Shown here: positions 30,096 to 39,778 of the stretch, piece by piece
Layout: each line of letters opens with the position of its first letter
How positions within the stretch are numbered: position 1 is the first letter of the stretch
Assembly: GCA_017623455.1 (NCBI GenBank)
Contig: JAGAPA010000012.1
Location: 982-64,981 of the forward strand
DNA: 64,000 bases
Source: Clostridia bacterium
GTDB taxonomy: Bacteria > Bacillota > Clostridia > Christensenellales > Pumilibacteraceae
Reading direction: 5' to 3'
The notes under the pieces: model-generated
What the model was told of the DNA's origin: nothing
Databases searched by the model: none
Seen by the model: only the letters and a program-made list of their open reading frames with translations
Made by a program: the position numbers and the translations under genes

Positions 30096-30241
30096 ATTCT
30101 CCTCCTTTTCTTCATTTTCTGTTTATTCGGTTTACATTACGCATTTTTAATGCTATAATAAGATTATATTCCAAAATTTACCGTTTGTAAATGGAAAATA
30201 TTACATTCATATATGAAAATATTACAATTCGGGAGCTTTTA

Positions 30242-31024
30242 ATGTATATCTTAAATTCAACGAACAATGATAAAATCTATCCTGCCGTTTTACTCACTGC
30301 CTCAAACAGACACGTTCAAGAAACCAAGAACTACAGTAGCGGCATGCGCAGTTATCAGATTCTGATTATTACGGAAGGCAGAGGCACGCTTGAACATAAC
30401 GGTTCTTATTATCCTTTGAAAAAGGGTTGCGCGTTCTTTACCGCTCCAAATATTCCCATAAAATACACAAACGAGGACGGTCTTATCAGTATTTTTGTAA
30501 CCGCCAATGGCTGTGCTATACAAGAAATTTGCAACAAGTTTGAGCCAAGCGGTTTTGCATTTTTCGAAAGTGTTAACACAGACAAAATATTAAGTGATAT
30601 AAACACTATCGAACAAGAATTCTGCAGTCAAAAAAGACAAAGTAAGCTGTCCATTCTTGCTTACGCTTTCTTTTTGGAATTTTTTGAATCAAACGCTTAT
30701 AATAACGGAAACTATCTTGCAAAGATAATGGACTTTATTGACAAGAATTACACGAAACAAATCACGCTTGAAGAAATTGCTAAGGAATGTGGAGTATCCG
30801 TATCAAAGCTTTGCTATGACTTTAAGACTACGTACGGTATTACAGTTTTTAGCCACGTTATAAACTTAAGACTGAATTATGCGCGCTCTTATTTACTATA
30901 CGCGTCCGAACTTCGCGTAAAAGACGTTGCTGCTGCGAGCGGATTTGAGGACGTAAGTTATTTTTGCAAGGCTTACAAAAACAAATACGGCGTATCTCCA
31001 AGCATGGATATGCAAAAGAATTAA
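30242..31024 (+). CDS. AraC family regulator (type 2)
   Basis: ATG at 30242 is preceded by GGGAG and matches the start of the decayed paralog. The track start at 30191 has no RBS. The HTH tail is ...AAASGFEDVSYFCKAYKNKYGVSP. Confidence 0.8.
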   Translation: MYILNSTNNDKIYPAVLLTASNRHVQETKNYSSGMRSYQILIITEGRGTLEHNGSYYPLKKGCAFFTAPNIPIKYTNEDGLISIFVTANGCAIQEICNKFEPSGFAFFESVNTDKILSDINTIEQEFCSQKRQSKLSILAYAFFLEFFESNAYNNGNYLAKIMDFIDKNYTKQITLEEIAKECGVSVSKLCYDFKTTYGITVFSHVINLRLNYARSYLLYASELRVKDVAAASGFEDVSYFCKAYKNKYGVSPSMDMQKN

Positions 31025-31071
31025 AATAAAAACACGTTACCCTGCTGTATTTTGGATAACATGTTATTTTA

Positions 31072-33231
31072 TTAGTCGTTAAGTTCTGATTGTTTTATAA
31101 ACGCGTCCTGTTCAGCTTTTGATAAGTTTACGAAATATGCATTCCATCCACACACTCTTACTTGTAGGTTTTTATAATTTTCGGGATGGGCTTGAGCCTC
31201 TTTTAGCATTTTGGAGTCAAATACGTTTCCGTGCATTGCAAAACCGCCCTTTGCAAAATACGTTTTTAATATCCCGTAAAATGCGTTAAGTCCGTTATCT
31301 CCGCTAACGGCAGACGGATGTAAAACCACGTCTAATACCGAGCCTGTTGGGAATAACGAATGATCGAACGAGGTTACCGAATTGATAAGCGATGTTATAC
31401 CCGTCTTATCCATTCCTATGCTTGCACAAAGGTTTTTTGACAACGGCTCGCCCAATTTTCTTCCGTCGGGCGTTGCCAACGTTTTTGCGCCGATATGCAC
31501 GTAATGGTCAATGGTAAAACAAGCGGGCTTATACACTCCTCCTCTACCGTTTGGGCGATTTAAGAGCAAACTTGAACAATACTCGGCAAATTCCACCGTA
31601 AATTTATCCGCAACAGCGTTGCTGTTTCCATACTTTTCATCTATCGCTCTTGCTTTTAGCTGTAATTCCTCATTGCCTTCCCAATTATTTCTTAGAATTT
31701 CGCCAAGTTTATCAAAAGATACTATTTTTTCATCAAACACAAACTTTTTAACAGCGCAAATACTATCCACTAAGGATGCTAGACAATAAAAGTACAAGGA
31801 CGTATTATTATACTTTGCTCCACCCTCATATACGTCTACACCTCTTTTTATGCTTTCGTCATACTGACACGAAAGCATTGGGTCGGGGTTGATTTCACCG
31901 TAATAACCCTCTATTGCATTAATAAAATGCACGCACCTGTCCGTCATATTTGCTATTTGTTTTTTCACTTCACGAACAAAATCCTCGTACGTAGAAATTT
32001 TACCAACAGGCGCGCCCATAACTTTATTATTTCTATGGTCCACGCCGTTATTGAAAATATACTCTATTGCTTTTCCAAGATTTATTCCACCATTTCCGGT
32101 ACAGCCTATCTCCACTCCCCACACGGCAGGCTCGTAACAACCGATAGGCACGTAGTTTACAGCATCTTTGTGACTTATTCCCACACGTTCTAGCGACTTT
32201 ATAGCAACGTGGTCATTGACAAGCACAAAGCTGGAATTTCCGCCTCTTATGCACGAAAGTACAAGCATAATAAATTCACGAGGGGTTTTATCCGACACTC
32301 TGATATGAATTTTTGGACTGTAAATATTAAGCTCGTTGTACGTTTCGACGATAAGATAGGACAGCTCGTTTACGATACTGTTCTCATTTTCGTCTAAGCC
32401 TGCAAGGCAAAACGGTAAATCATAAGGTACTTTTGCGCTCCAAAACTTAAAGAGAAAATATTTGAGCATTTCCTTGATCTGCTCTTTTGTATACACTCCC
32501 TCTTCTATATCCTTTTTATAGAACGGATATAAAAGCGCATCTACAATACCAAGCGTTCTTACTCTTGTTCCACCCACGTACTCGTGCAAGAAAAAGTATA
32601 AAACGAGAAGTTGCATTGCTTCGTAAGTGTTTTGTGGCTTATCCTTTGCTATATTACGCAACGCCGTAGCATTATCCGTATTATAAGGCTCGATAGCGTC
32701 GGCAAGACGGTGCGCAACCGTTTGCATTGACTTAAGCATTATTTTACACGACAGATAAAAATCCTTTTGTTTATCGGTTAATCCGCCTTTATTCTCAGCT
32801 TCCTCTACCCTTTGCAAAAGACCTGAAATTCCAACGTTTAACAATAGCTTAGAATTTGGAGAGGTATGTCCAAAGTCAGAATGTGCATGATATGCTCCGC
32901 AACCTTGCCACGCTTCGTATATATCGCCAGCCTCTTGCGATAAATGCTCGTCAATAACCTGCTTTTGCCACTTAGAACGCTGTTTAGCCATTATAGAACT
33001 ACCCTGAAGCTTATCTTGAAAAATGTTAAATTTATCAACCGCAATTAGAGCATTAGATGCAATAAACTCAAAAGTTTTGGCTTTTATAATAGCTTTTGAC
33101 GAATATTGATTTTCGATTCCCTCGACAGCTTTTACCACATCGTCGGGATTTAGTCCGCTATTTTCAAGCCACTCGGTTTGCGTAAATTCCTTTTCCAAAA
33201 CGGATCTGCTATTTTCAAAAGACAATTGCAT
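31072..33231 (-). CDS. Glycyl radical enzyme (GRE-B), divergent paralog of GRE-A, with no adjacent activase
   Basis: The glycyl loop is LQVRVCGWNAYF (Gly codon 31147-31149). The Cys loop is VPIGCYEP (Cys codon 32137-32139). Length is 719 aa, RBS AAGGAGAG. Confidence 0.85.
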   Translation of the reverse strand: MQLSFENSRSVLEKEFTQTEWLENSGLNPDDVVKAVEGIENQYSSKAIIKAKTFEFIASNALIAVDKFNIFQDKLQGSSIMAKQRSKWQKQVIDEHLSQEAGDIYEAWQGCGAYHAHSDFGHTSPNSKLLLNVGISGLLQRVEEAENKGGLTDKQKDFYLSCKIMLKSMQTVAHRLADAIEPYNTDNATALRNIAKDKPQNTYEAMQLLVLYFFLHEYVGGTRVRTLGIVDALLYPFYKKDIEEGVYTKEQIKEMLKYFLFKFWSAKVPYDLPFCLAGLDENENSIVNELSYLIVETYNELNIYSPKIHIRVSDKTPREFIMLVLSCIRGGNSSFVLVNDHVAIKSLERVGISHKDAVNYVPIGCYEPAVWGVEIGCTGNGGINLGKAIEYIFNNGVDHRNNKVMGAPVGKISTYEDFVREVKKQIANMTDRCVHFINAIEGYYGEINPDPMLSCQYDESIKRGVDVYEGGAKYNNTSLYFYCLASLVDSICAVKKFVFDEKIVSFDKLGEILRNNWEGNEELQLKARAIDEKYGNSNAVADKFTVEFAEYCSSLLLNRPNGRGGVYKPACFTIDHYVHIGAKTLATPDGRKLGEPLSKNLCASIGMDKTGITSLINSVTSFDHSLFPTGSVLDVVLHPSAVSGDNGLNAFYGILKTYFAKGGFAMHGNVFDSKMLKEAQAHPENYKNLQVRVCGWNAYFVNLSKAEQDAFIKQSELND

Positions 33232-33388
33232 TACATTCTCTCCTTATAAATGAAAATTCGTTTAACTTAGTATTATTGTATCAAAAGAATACGAAAAACT
33301 CAATAACTATTCAATACCGCTTGAATTATTCGAAACTAAAATCACTCAAAATACTTGACTTATCCATAACATTTGGTATAATTAGATT

Positions 33389-34174
33389 ATGAAATTTTTA
33401 GAAAAAGACAACGTAATATCTCAAATTACACTTGCAATTTTGCTGAAAGCAGGCAGAGGAACTCCCGTTCACAAAAACAGACCAACGCACGGACTTGCAT
33501 ACAACGTCAACCATACATGTATCTATAAGTTTGACAACGGTAAAGCGTTGGAAGTAAAATCGGGGGATTGTATCTACTTACCAAAAACATCCAACTACAC
33601 CGTTATAAAATGCGAAACCAATTCCAACAGCTCTGTTTATGCGATAAACTTCAACCTTACCAGCGAAGAAATATTCGAACCTCAGCTTTTCCATACGCGA
33701 GGTAAAAATGAGGTTGAAGCATTGTTTAATAAAGCTTCTAACGCTTGGCTAAACAAGAACGTGGGGTTTTATGAAGAGTGTTTTTCAGATCTTTATAGAA
33801 TAATTAAAATTCTAAAAAAAGAAAACTCGTCTTACGCTCCGCAATCGAAAATTCTTGAAACGTTAGCGCCTGCGCTTAAGTACATCAACGAAAATTACAC
33901 ACAAGAAAACATTAAACTATCCGTTCTTGCCCACCTTTGCAACGTAAGCGAACCATACCTACGACGGCTTTTTAATAACGCATTTTCTACTTCGCCTGCA
34001 GTTTATATAAGGAATTTACGTATCAATTATGCTAAAGAACTGATAAAATCGGGGGAATATACTATCACGGAAATTGCTATTATATCGGGGTTTTGCGACG
34101 TTTCGTATTTTAGCAGAGAATTTAGGAAAGCAACGGGTGTAAACCCTAAAGATTATGCCAAAGTCAAGCAATAA
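33389..34174 (+). CDS. AraC family regulator (type 1), divergent from GRE-B
   Basis: HTH tail ...IAIISGFCDVSYFSREFRKATGVNPKDY. Its N-terminus is paralogous to the gene at 26847 (HKNRPTHG versus HTNRPNHG; VYAINFN versus CYAINFN). Confidence 0.85.
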   Translation: MKFLEKDNVISQITLAILLKAGRGTPVHKNRPTHGLAYNVNHTCIYKFDNGKALEVKSGDCIYLPKTSNYTVIKCETNSNSSVYAINFNLTSEEIFEPQLFHTRGKNEVEALFNKASNAWLNKNVGFYEECFSDLYRIIKILKKENSSYAPQSKILETLAPALKYINENYTQENIKLSVLAHLCNVSEPYLRRLFNNAFSTSPAVYIRNLRINYAKELIKSGEYTITEIAIISGFCDVSYFSREFRKATGVNPKDYAKVKQ

Positions 34175-34204
34175 AAAAGGCTACGCTACAACTATATTAA
34201 AGAG

Positions 34205-34247
34205 AAAACAAACACGGAATCAAAAAGCGATTCCGTGTTTGTTTTTT
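34205..34247. terminator. Bidirectional intrinsic terminator
   Basis: Hairpin AAACAAACACGGAATC-loop-GATTCCGTGTTTGTTT followed by a T-run. Confidence 0.6.
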
Positions 34248-35235
34248 ACGCTATCATATTATCTATATATATTCCATATCCTCGCGTCGGATCGTTTACG
34301 AAAACGTGCGTTACCGCTCCTATTATCTTACCGTTTTGAATAATGGGCGATCCGCTCATCCCTTGCACTATTCCACCCGTAAGTTCGATAAGCCGTTTGT
34401 CCTTAACCTTTATTATAAGACCCTTATCCCTGTCGGTCTTTTGATAAAATGCGCGGATAATTTCTATATCGTAAAACTCCTTACTGCCGGACACAGCAGA
34501 GCATATCTGCGCCTTTCCCGGTTTTACTTCTTCTCTGTCAGCAACGGCGTAAACATCCGAGTCTTTTATAAAGGTATCACCGTAAATTCCAAACTTATTT
34601 ACGGACGTGATATCACCAACTTTTTGACTGCTTAAATATCCACACAATGCGCCGGCGCATCCCTTTTCTCCCTTTTTTATACCGTTTATTATACAGCCAT
34701 AAACCGTTCCGGTTCCACTATCCAACCGTACCGCGGTTTCACTGTCGGTTACGGAATGTCCAAGCGCGCCAAATTCTCCGTCTTTTGTAACAAACGTAAG
34801 CGTGCCAAGTCCTGCAACACTATCCTTTGCCACAATTCCTAATTTTTTAATGCCCGTGTGCTTATCTTTTAGCGGTACAACCTTTACGCAAGACACTTTT
34901 CCGTTGCGTTCAAATTCTATACTCACACTTTTTTCATCGGCAATCCTACTAAGATAAAGTGAAATATCTCCCACTTTTTTTATCTCAACTCCGTCAATAG
35001 AAATTATTTTATCGCCCTTTACGAAAACGTTTTTCAAATTTTCCGTTCCGTTTTCTGTTTCAACGTTGTTCACCGACACTATTCTGACTCCCTCATAGGG
35101 AATGGAAAAACCAACGATATCTCCACCTATATATACGTTTTCCTGCGCAAACGCAACTGACGTTCCAAAGCTAACTAAAATAAGCGCAAATACAAATATA
35201 ACCAGTATGCACGACTTTCTCAAGATTTTTTTCAT
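34246..35235 (-). CDS. spoIVB: Stage IV sporulation protein B (SpoIVB peptidase, S55) with PDZ domain
   Basis: C-terminus GGIVQGMSGSPIIQNGKIIGAVTHVFVNDPTRGYGIYI is the classic SpoIVB serine motif. An N-terminal TM segment and a PDZ-like segment are present. Confidence 0.85.
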   Translation of the reverse strand: MKKILRKSCILVIFVFALILVSFGTSVAFAQENVYIGGDIVGFSIPYEGVRIVSVNNVETENGTENLKNVFVKGDKIISIDGVEIKKVGDISLYLSRIADEKSVSIEFERNGKVSCVKVVPLKDKHTGIKKLGIVAKDSVAGLGTLTFVTKDGEFGALGHSVTDSETAVRLDSGTGTVYGCIINGIKKGEKGCAGALCGYLSSQKVGDITSVNKFGIYGDTFIKDSDVYAVADREEVKPGKAQICSAVSGSKEFYDIEIIRAFYQKTDRDKGLIIKVKDKRLIELTGGIVQGMSGSPIIQNGKIIGAVTHVFVNDPTRGYGIYIDNMIA

Positions 35236-35345
35236 AAATATATTGTTTGCTTATTTTTATTTATTATGATTAAATTTCAAAAATATTTAATACGGCACTA
35301 TTCTTTATTTTTGTTACGTAAACGTCTTGAATTTATTTATAAATG

Positions 35346-35405
35346 CAAAAAAAGACCTATACCAACATTCCTTATAGGAGTTAATATAGGTCTCGTTATT
35401 TTTTG
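35346..35405 (-). terminator. Putative intrinsic terminator
   Basis: Hairpin AGACCTATA...TATAGGTCT flanked by A- and T-runs. Confidence 0.45.
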
Positions 35406-35432
35406 TTATACTGATATAATCAGTCTTGCTAA

Positions 35433-37499
35433 TTAAGCAAAAATGTAAATACCAAAACTGGGATCAACTGTATAAGAGATTCCCGAAGCAATGTTAACTT
35501 CTGCATTGGGGGAACTCTGCAACCAAATACCGTAGTTATTGTTAGAGCTGGTGATAGAACCACTGTTTACGTTAACTACTGCATCTCCATAGAAGCAACG
35601 AACAGCTATATAGTTACTGTGCAATGACGCACCGTTTACAGTTAATTTACCAGTGGTGTAGATATCAACTGCATAAGCCATACCGTACCCCTTCTCGGTA
35701 GCACTTCCTGCCTCACAAACAACCTTTACACCCTCGCCAAGCGTAACAACACCCGTTTCACGGATATTGATAGCAGTATAACGATAACTTGTATTCCAAG
35801 CAAAATCATCATTTGTCATAGAAATAGTTCCGTTTCCAACAATTTCAAGATTACCATTTACACTGAACAACTGAACGCTTGCATCAGAGACAGTACTTGT
35901 GCCAACGATATCGTGACCGTTAAGATTCAACGTTACGGAATCTCCCTTTGCAACAGCCAAAGAGGTTTCGTCTAAACTAATATCGCCTGCTAAAACCACT
36001 ACGTCTGCAGTTGCAAGATCTGCAGCTAAATCGGTTGCGTTGCTAACAACTGCCATAACTACGCCTGCTTCATATTCTGTTAAGTTATCATTAGTATTGT
36101 AACTATAAATATCTCCGTAGAATTTGCAGTTTGCATAATCAATAGAGATTTCCTTGTGTGCATCTGTCTTAACTCCGCCACCGAACGCTACGTCACCGTA
36201 GTATTCGCCACCATTCAAGATTACGGAAGCATCGCTGAAGCTGTTACCGTAAGAATATGTATAGATTACGTCGTAATAATCATAACCACCGGAAACCATT
36301 CCTGTAGAAACTAACGATCCACCGTTTACGGTAAGATTTGCTTTAGCTACAGCTGCAGTGTTACTGCCGGGAAGCTGCATCCAAATTGCGCGAGAACCCG
36401 TTATGGTTCCTCCGTTGATTGTAACGTTGGTTGAAACGGTAGAACTGTTTGCAAACATACGAATTGCATATTTACCACAGCCGTCTACAATTCCGTCATT
36501 AACAATAAGGTTAGCTCCTGGATAGCAATCGATTGCGTAAGATGCTCCACCGGGTGCAGTAATGTTTTCTATAATTGCTCCGTCTACAACCAAAGTTCCG
36601 GAACAACTGATTGCATTGTTAGCATATCCGGGGAATGCCGGTTGACCTACACCACCCCATTCGGTATCAGGCTTAGATGCATAGAAAGAAACTTTACCAT
36701 CCTCTAAGGTAAGAGATTTACCTGTCGGGACTTTAATAAGGTAAGACGTCGACGCTTCAACCGAGTTACCGCTCAAGGTATGTCCGTTAAGATCGATTAC
36801 TACGTCCTCGGAAATTGTAATAGCCTCTGTAAGAGCAATGTCGGATTCGAGCTTAACCTCGCCAAGTCCGTTTACAAGTGCGGATTTGAATGCTTCCTCG
36901 TTTACTACGGGGAGGGGTGTTCCGTTCCACTGTACTGCTTCTACGGTAAAGCGAAGCTCTGCAACCTTTTCCTGATATTCGTTGCCTGCTTCTACGGGAA
37001 GCTCGATAGATACTTCCATAACGTTGTCAGCAAGCGCTGCGTTGGGCTCTACTGTTTCCCAATCGGAAACGATTTCGCCGTTTGTAAGAGTGGTTGCAGT
37101 ATTGTTTACGTTTACTTTAAGACCGCTTAAAAGTCCCGTGTCTGCTCCCGTTTCAACTATTACGGTACGAACCTTAGTTTTTACGTTGCTGTTGTTGCCA
37201 AGTGCAATATTAAACTCAACCTTATCACCGGGGGTAATATTTACGAGCGTAATCTTATTCTTGTCGGTAAGCGTTGCGTAGCCGAGGTTCTCAAACTCCA
37301 TTACGCCATCTCCCATATATCTGTCCATGGAATAAAGCTTGAGGTCACCGTCAACTTCTGCCGTGATGTCTACTTTACCTGCGGTAATAGCAACGTTTAC
37401 TTCTGCCTTGTCCGTAAACAAAGCGAAGGTTGCTCCTCCCATCAGGCAAAGACACATAAGAATACTGATTATTGCGCTGAATAATAGCTTTTTCTTCAT
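35433..37499 (-). CDS. Secreted protein with a SipW/TasA-type signal peptide and right-handed beta-helix repeats
   Basis: N-terminus MKKKLLFSAIISILMCLCLMGGATFALFTDKAEVNVAITAGKVDI matches the camelysin/TasA-type (SipW-cognate) signal region. Two related segments, DLNGHTLSGNS... and NLNGHDIVGTS..., sit within G/N/T/V-rich beta-helix-like repeats. Confidence 0.65.
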   Translation of the reverse strand: MKKKLLFSAIISILMCLCLMGGATFALFTDKAEVNVAITAGKVDITAEVDGDLKLYSMDRYMGDGVMEFENLGYATLTDKNKITLVNITPGDKVEFNIALGNNSNVKTKVRTVIVETGADTGLLSGLKVNVNNTATTLTNGEIVSDWETVEPNAALADNVMEVSIELPVEAGNEYQEKVAELRFTVEAVQWNGTPLPVVNEEAFKSALVNGLGEVKLESDIALTEAITISEDVVIDLNGHTLSGNSVEASTSYLIKVPTGKSLTLEDGKVSFYASKPDTEWGGVGQPAFPGYANNAISCSGTLVVDGAIIENITAPGGASYAIDCYPGANLIVNDGIVDGCGKYAIRMFANSSTVSTNVTINGGTITGSRAIWMQLPGSNTAAVAKANLTVNGGSLVSTGMVSGGYDYYDVIYTYSYGNSFSDASVILNGGEYYGDVAFGGGVKTDAHKEISIDYANCKFYGDIYSYNTNDNLTEYEAGVVMAVVSNATDLAADLATADVVVLAGDISLDETSLAVAKGDSVTLNLNGHDIVGTSTVSDASVQLFSVNGNLEIVGNGTISMTNDDFAWNTSYRYTAINIRETGVVTLGEGVKVVCEAGSATEKGYGMAYAVDIYTTGKLTVNGASLHSNYIAVRCFYGDAVVNVNSGSITSSNNNYGIWLQSSPNAEVNIASGISYTVDPSFGIYIFA

Positions 37500-37709
37500 T
37501 TTTATCTTTCTCCTAATTGTTTTTGCTCATAATATTTAAATATGAACAGTTAATAGTATTTTACAATATTTTATTACTTTTGTCAATAACAACACGTTTC
37601 TTTTGTATTATCATTATAAATATTTTTTATAATTTCTTATTCTATATGTTATTAAAAAAAGTAAAACGCCCGATTTTTGTTTAATCAAGCGTTTTATGCG
37701 TTATAGAAT

Positions 37710-39578
37710 TTACTTCAATTTTACCTTAAATATAGCGGAATCGCAACCTGCAACAGTTTTTCCGTCGCCTTTTATAGGCGTTACGGTTGCACCCTCTGCC
37801 CACTTAACGTCACAAGGACGTTCTTCGTCCACGTAGTTAATAACCACTGCGTAGAACTCTTTTTCATTTATTGGGTGTACTGTTACTGCAATATCGGGAT
37901 TTTGGGTATAGGCGGGCTTTGTCTTAAGAATATTTTCGCCTGCGGTTTTATAGATTTTGTAATAAGGGTACTTATTGATATAATCAACGTTTTCTACGAG
38001 CATTTTCTCTAAAGGACAGTTGAGGAAATACGTATAGCCCTTTCCGTACTTAAACTTTGTAAGAACGGGAGTTCCGTCACTTTCATCCCTTGCAAGAACT
38101 TCGGCACCAATGCTTTCGATAAGGAATTTCTTTCCATAACGGAAGGGGAATTTATCTCCGTTAAACTCGGCAATATGCGTTGAGTTGTCCATAGGTGCTC
38201 CCTTTGATACAAACCCAAAGGCTTCGTAAAGATTGAGTAGCGCTGCGTCGTGTGCGGTGATAAGGAGGCTTGCTCCGTCCTCTTTTACCCTTCTTAATAT
38301 CTCATTGTACGTGGACTTTCTTACAAGTTGCCAAAACTCGTCCGACGCAATTATATACAAGGGATACTCGGGAATTGTTTGCGTGGAATACCTGAAAGTA
38401 GGCTCGAGTCCTGCTTGCTTTGCAAGAACGTATGCTGACGATACCAAATATTGGTATGCGTTCATTCTTTCACCGATTATAAAGCAAGTGTCTTTAATCC
38501 TGTCGGGAAGATCGGCGCAAGGCAAAGAGGAAATCTCGTCGTATACTCTTTTCATTGTTTGCGCAACGGGCTTGGGAGAATAATCGGTTCTGAGCATTCC
38601 AAGCTCGTTTTCCATCAAAATCCACTCGTACGGAGGATTATTTCTTTGCGTATCGTGCGCCATCCACCAAAAATATCCGGTAGAACCGTTAGCCCAACCC
38701 GACCATAAATTCACCTGCATAAACAGAGCGGATTGCTCTTCCGTTCCGTAAAGCGTGGTGAACGTGCCTTGCTCCTGAATCTGAGCAGGCTTTCCGCCAA
38801 TGGACGAATAAAGCTCAACCTGTGCGGTGGGAACCATTGTAGTACGAAGCTTTGTCATTGCTTCAAGATGTCCTCCAACCGTAGGCGATGGGTAGGGATG
38901 AGGGGTGAGCATATCACACCACTCTGCCTGATCCTGAATAAGCCAATGACTCCAGCTCTGATCCTCTACCTGAAGAGCGTGCATGCCCGAATAAATCTTT
39001 CTCGTCTGATCTTCGGACTTGATTGCGTTGACTATGGTATACGTCCAGTTGATTGCCTCGTATCTGGACGCTTCGTGTCCCATATTATTACTCTCGTTAC
39101 CCATATCCCAAGCGTGGATTGCTTTTTTATGCTTGAGGAATTTTACGAAACCCTTAACATACCTGGTCATCCAAGCAAGGCTTTCGAAGTTATTCATTTG
39201 GTTCTTACCCTGAAGCGCGTGTGGCACGTAATGGCGACCGCTCATCCAACCGGTAACGATTGCAACGACGATTTTAATTCCGTTCTCCTCACACAAGTCA
39301 CAGAATCTGTCGAAGTGCGCAATCTTTTCCATATCCAAGCCGTAGATATTATCAAGGGGCTTATCATCTTCAAAAAGCGTTTCCTTGTATTCGCCGTTCT
39401 GTTTATAAATGTTCACAATAGGCTGAAAATCTCTCCAGTTAGGGAAAACACGCATATATTTTACGTTCCACTTTGCAAGCTCTTTAAGATCTCTTGCAAC
39501 AGACTCCTCGTCCCAATATTTCCACATATCGATACCGTACTTAGAGCCCCAATAATTTACACCAACTTCATATTTCAT
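37710..39578 (-). CDS. Clan GH-A (GH5-like) TIM-barrel glycoside hydrolase, cytoplasmic
   Basis: N-terminus GVNYW...DLKELAKWNVKYMRVF. WDMGNESN is the candidate acid/base motif and IQEQG the candidate nucleophile. No signal peptide. Confidence 0.5.
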   Translation of the reverse strand: MKYEVGVNYWGSKYGIDMWKYWDEESVARDLKELAKWNVKYMRVFPNWRDFQPIVNIYKQNGEYKETLFEDDKPLDNIYGLDMEKIAHFDRFCDLCEENGIKIVVAIVTGWMSGRHYVPHALQGKNQMNNFESLAWMTRYVKGFVKFLKHKKAIHAWDMGNESNNMGHEASRYEAINWTYTIVNAIKSEDQTRKIYSGMHALQVEDQSWSHWLIQDQAEWCDMLTPHPYPSPTVGGHLEAMTKLRTTMVPTAQVELYSSIGGKPAQIQEQGTFTTLYGTEEQSALFMQVNLWSGWANGSTGYFWWMAHDTQRNNPPYEWILMENELGMLRTDYSPKPVAQTMKRVYDEISSLPCADLPDRIKDTCFIIGERMNAYQYLVSSAYVLAKQAGLEPTFRYSTQTIPEYPLYIIASDEFWQLVRKSTYNEILRRVKEDGASLLITAHDAALLNLYEAFGFVSKGAPMDNSTHIAEFNGDKFPFRYGKKFLIESIGAEVLARDESDGTPVLTKFKYGKGYTYFLNCPLEKMLVENVDYINKYPYYKIYKTAGENILKTKPAYTQNPDIAVTVHPINEKEFYAVVINYVDEERPCDVKWAEGATVTPIKGDGKTVAGCDSAIFKVKLK

Positions 39579-39778
39579 AATTGACTCCTTATTAGTTAGT
39601 TTTATTACGCCTTGTTTAGGTCTATTTTATTGTAACATATCTGTAGTGGTTTGACTATTCACTATTTGATAAGCATTATGCATTTTTTTGGATTTTTAAT
39701 ATTTTTTTGTTTTTTGTTAAAAAAAACGTTGACACAATACAAAAAATACGGATATAATTATCGGGTAGGAGATTTCTT

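Noticed and set aside
38733-39584. Long antisense ORFs opposite real genes, for example 38733-39584, 6082-6879, 40698-41456, 62597-63517, 14921-15496 and 59645-60172.
   Set aside because: Each overlaps a gene on the other strand that has clear family motifs. Their own translations have odd composition and no RBS or recognisable domains, so they are shadow ORFs.
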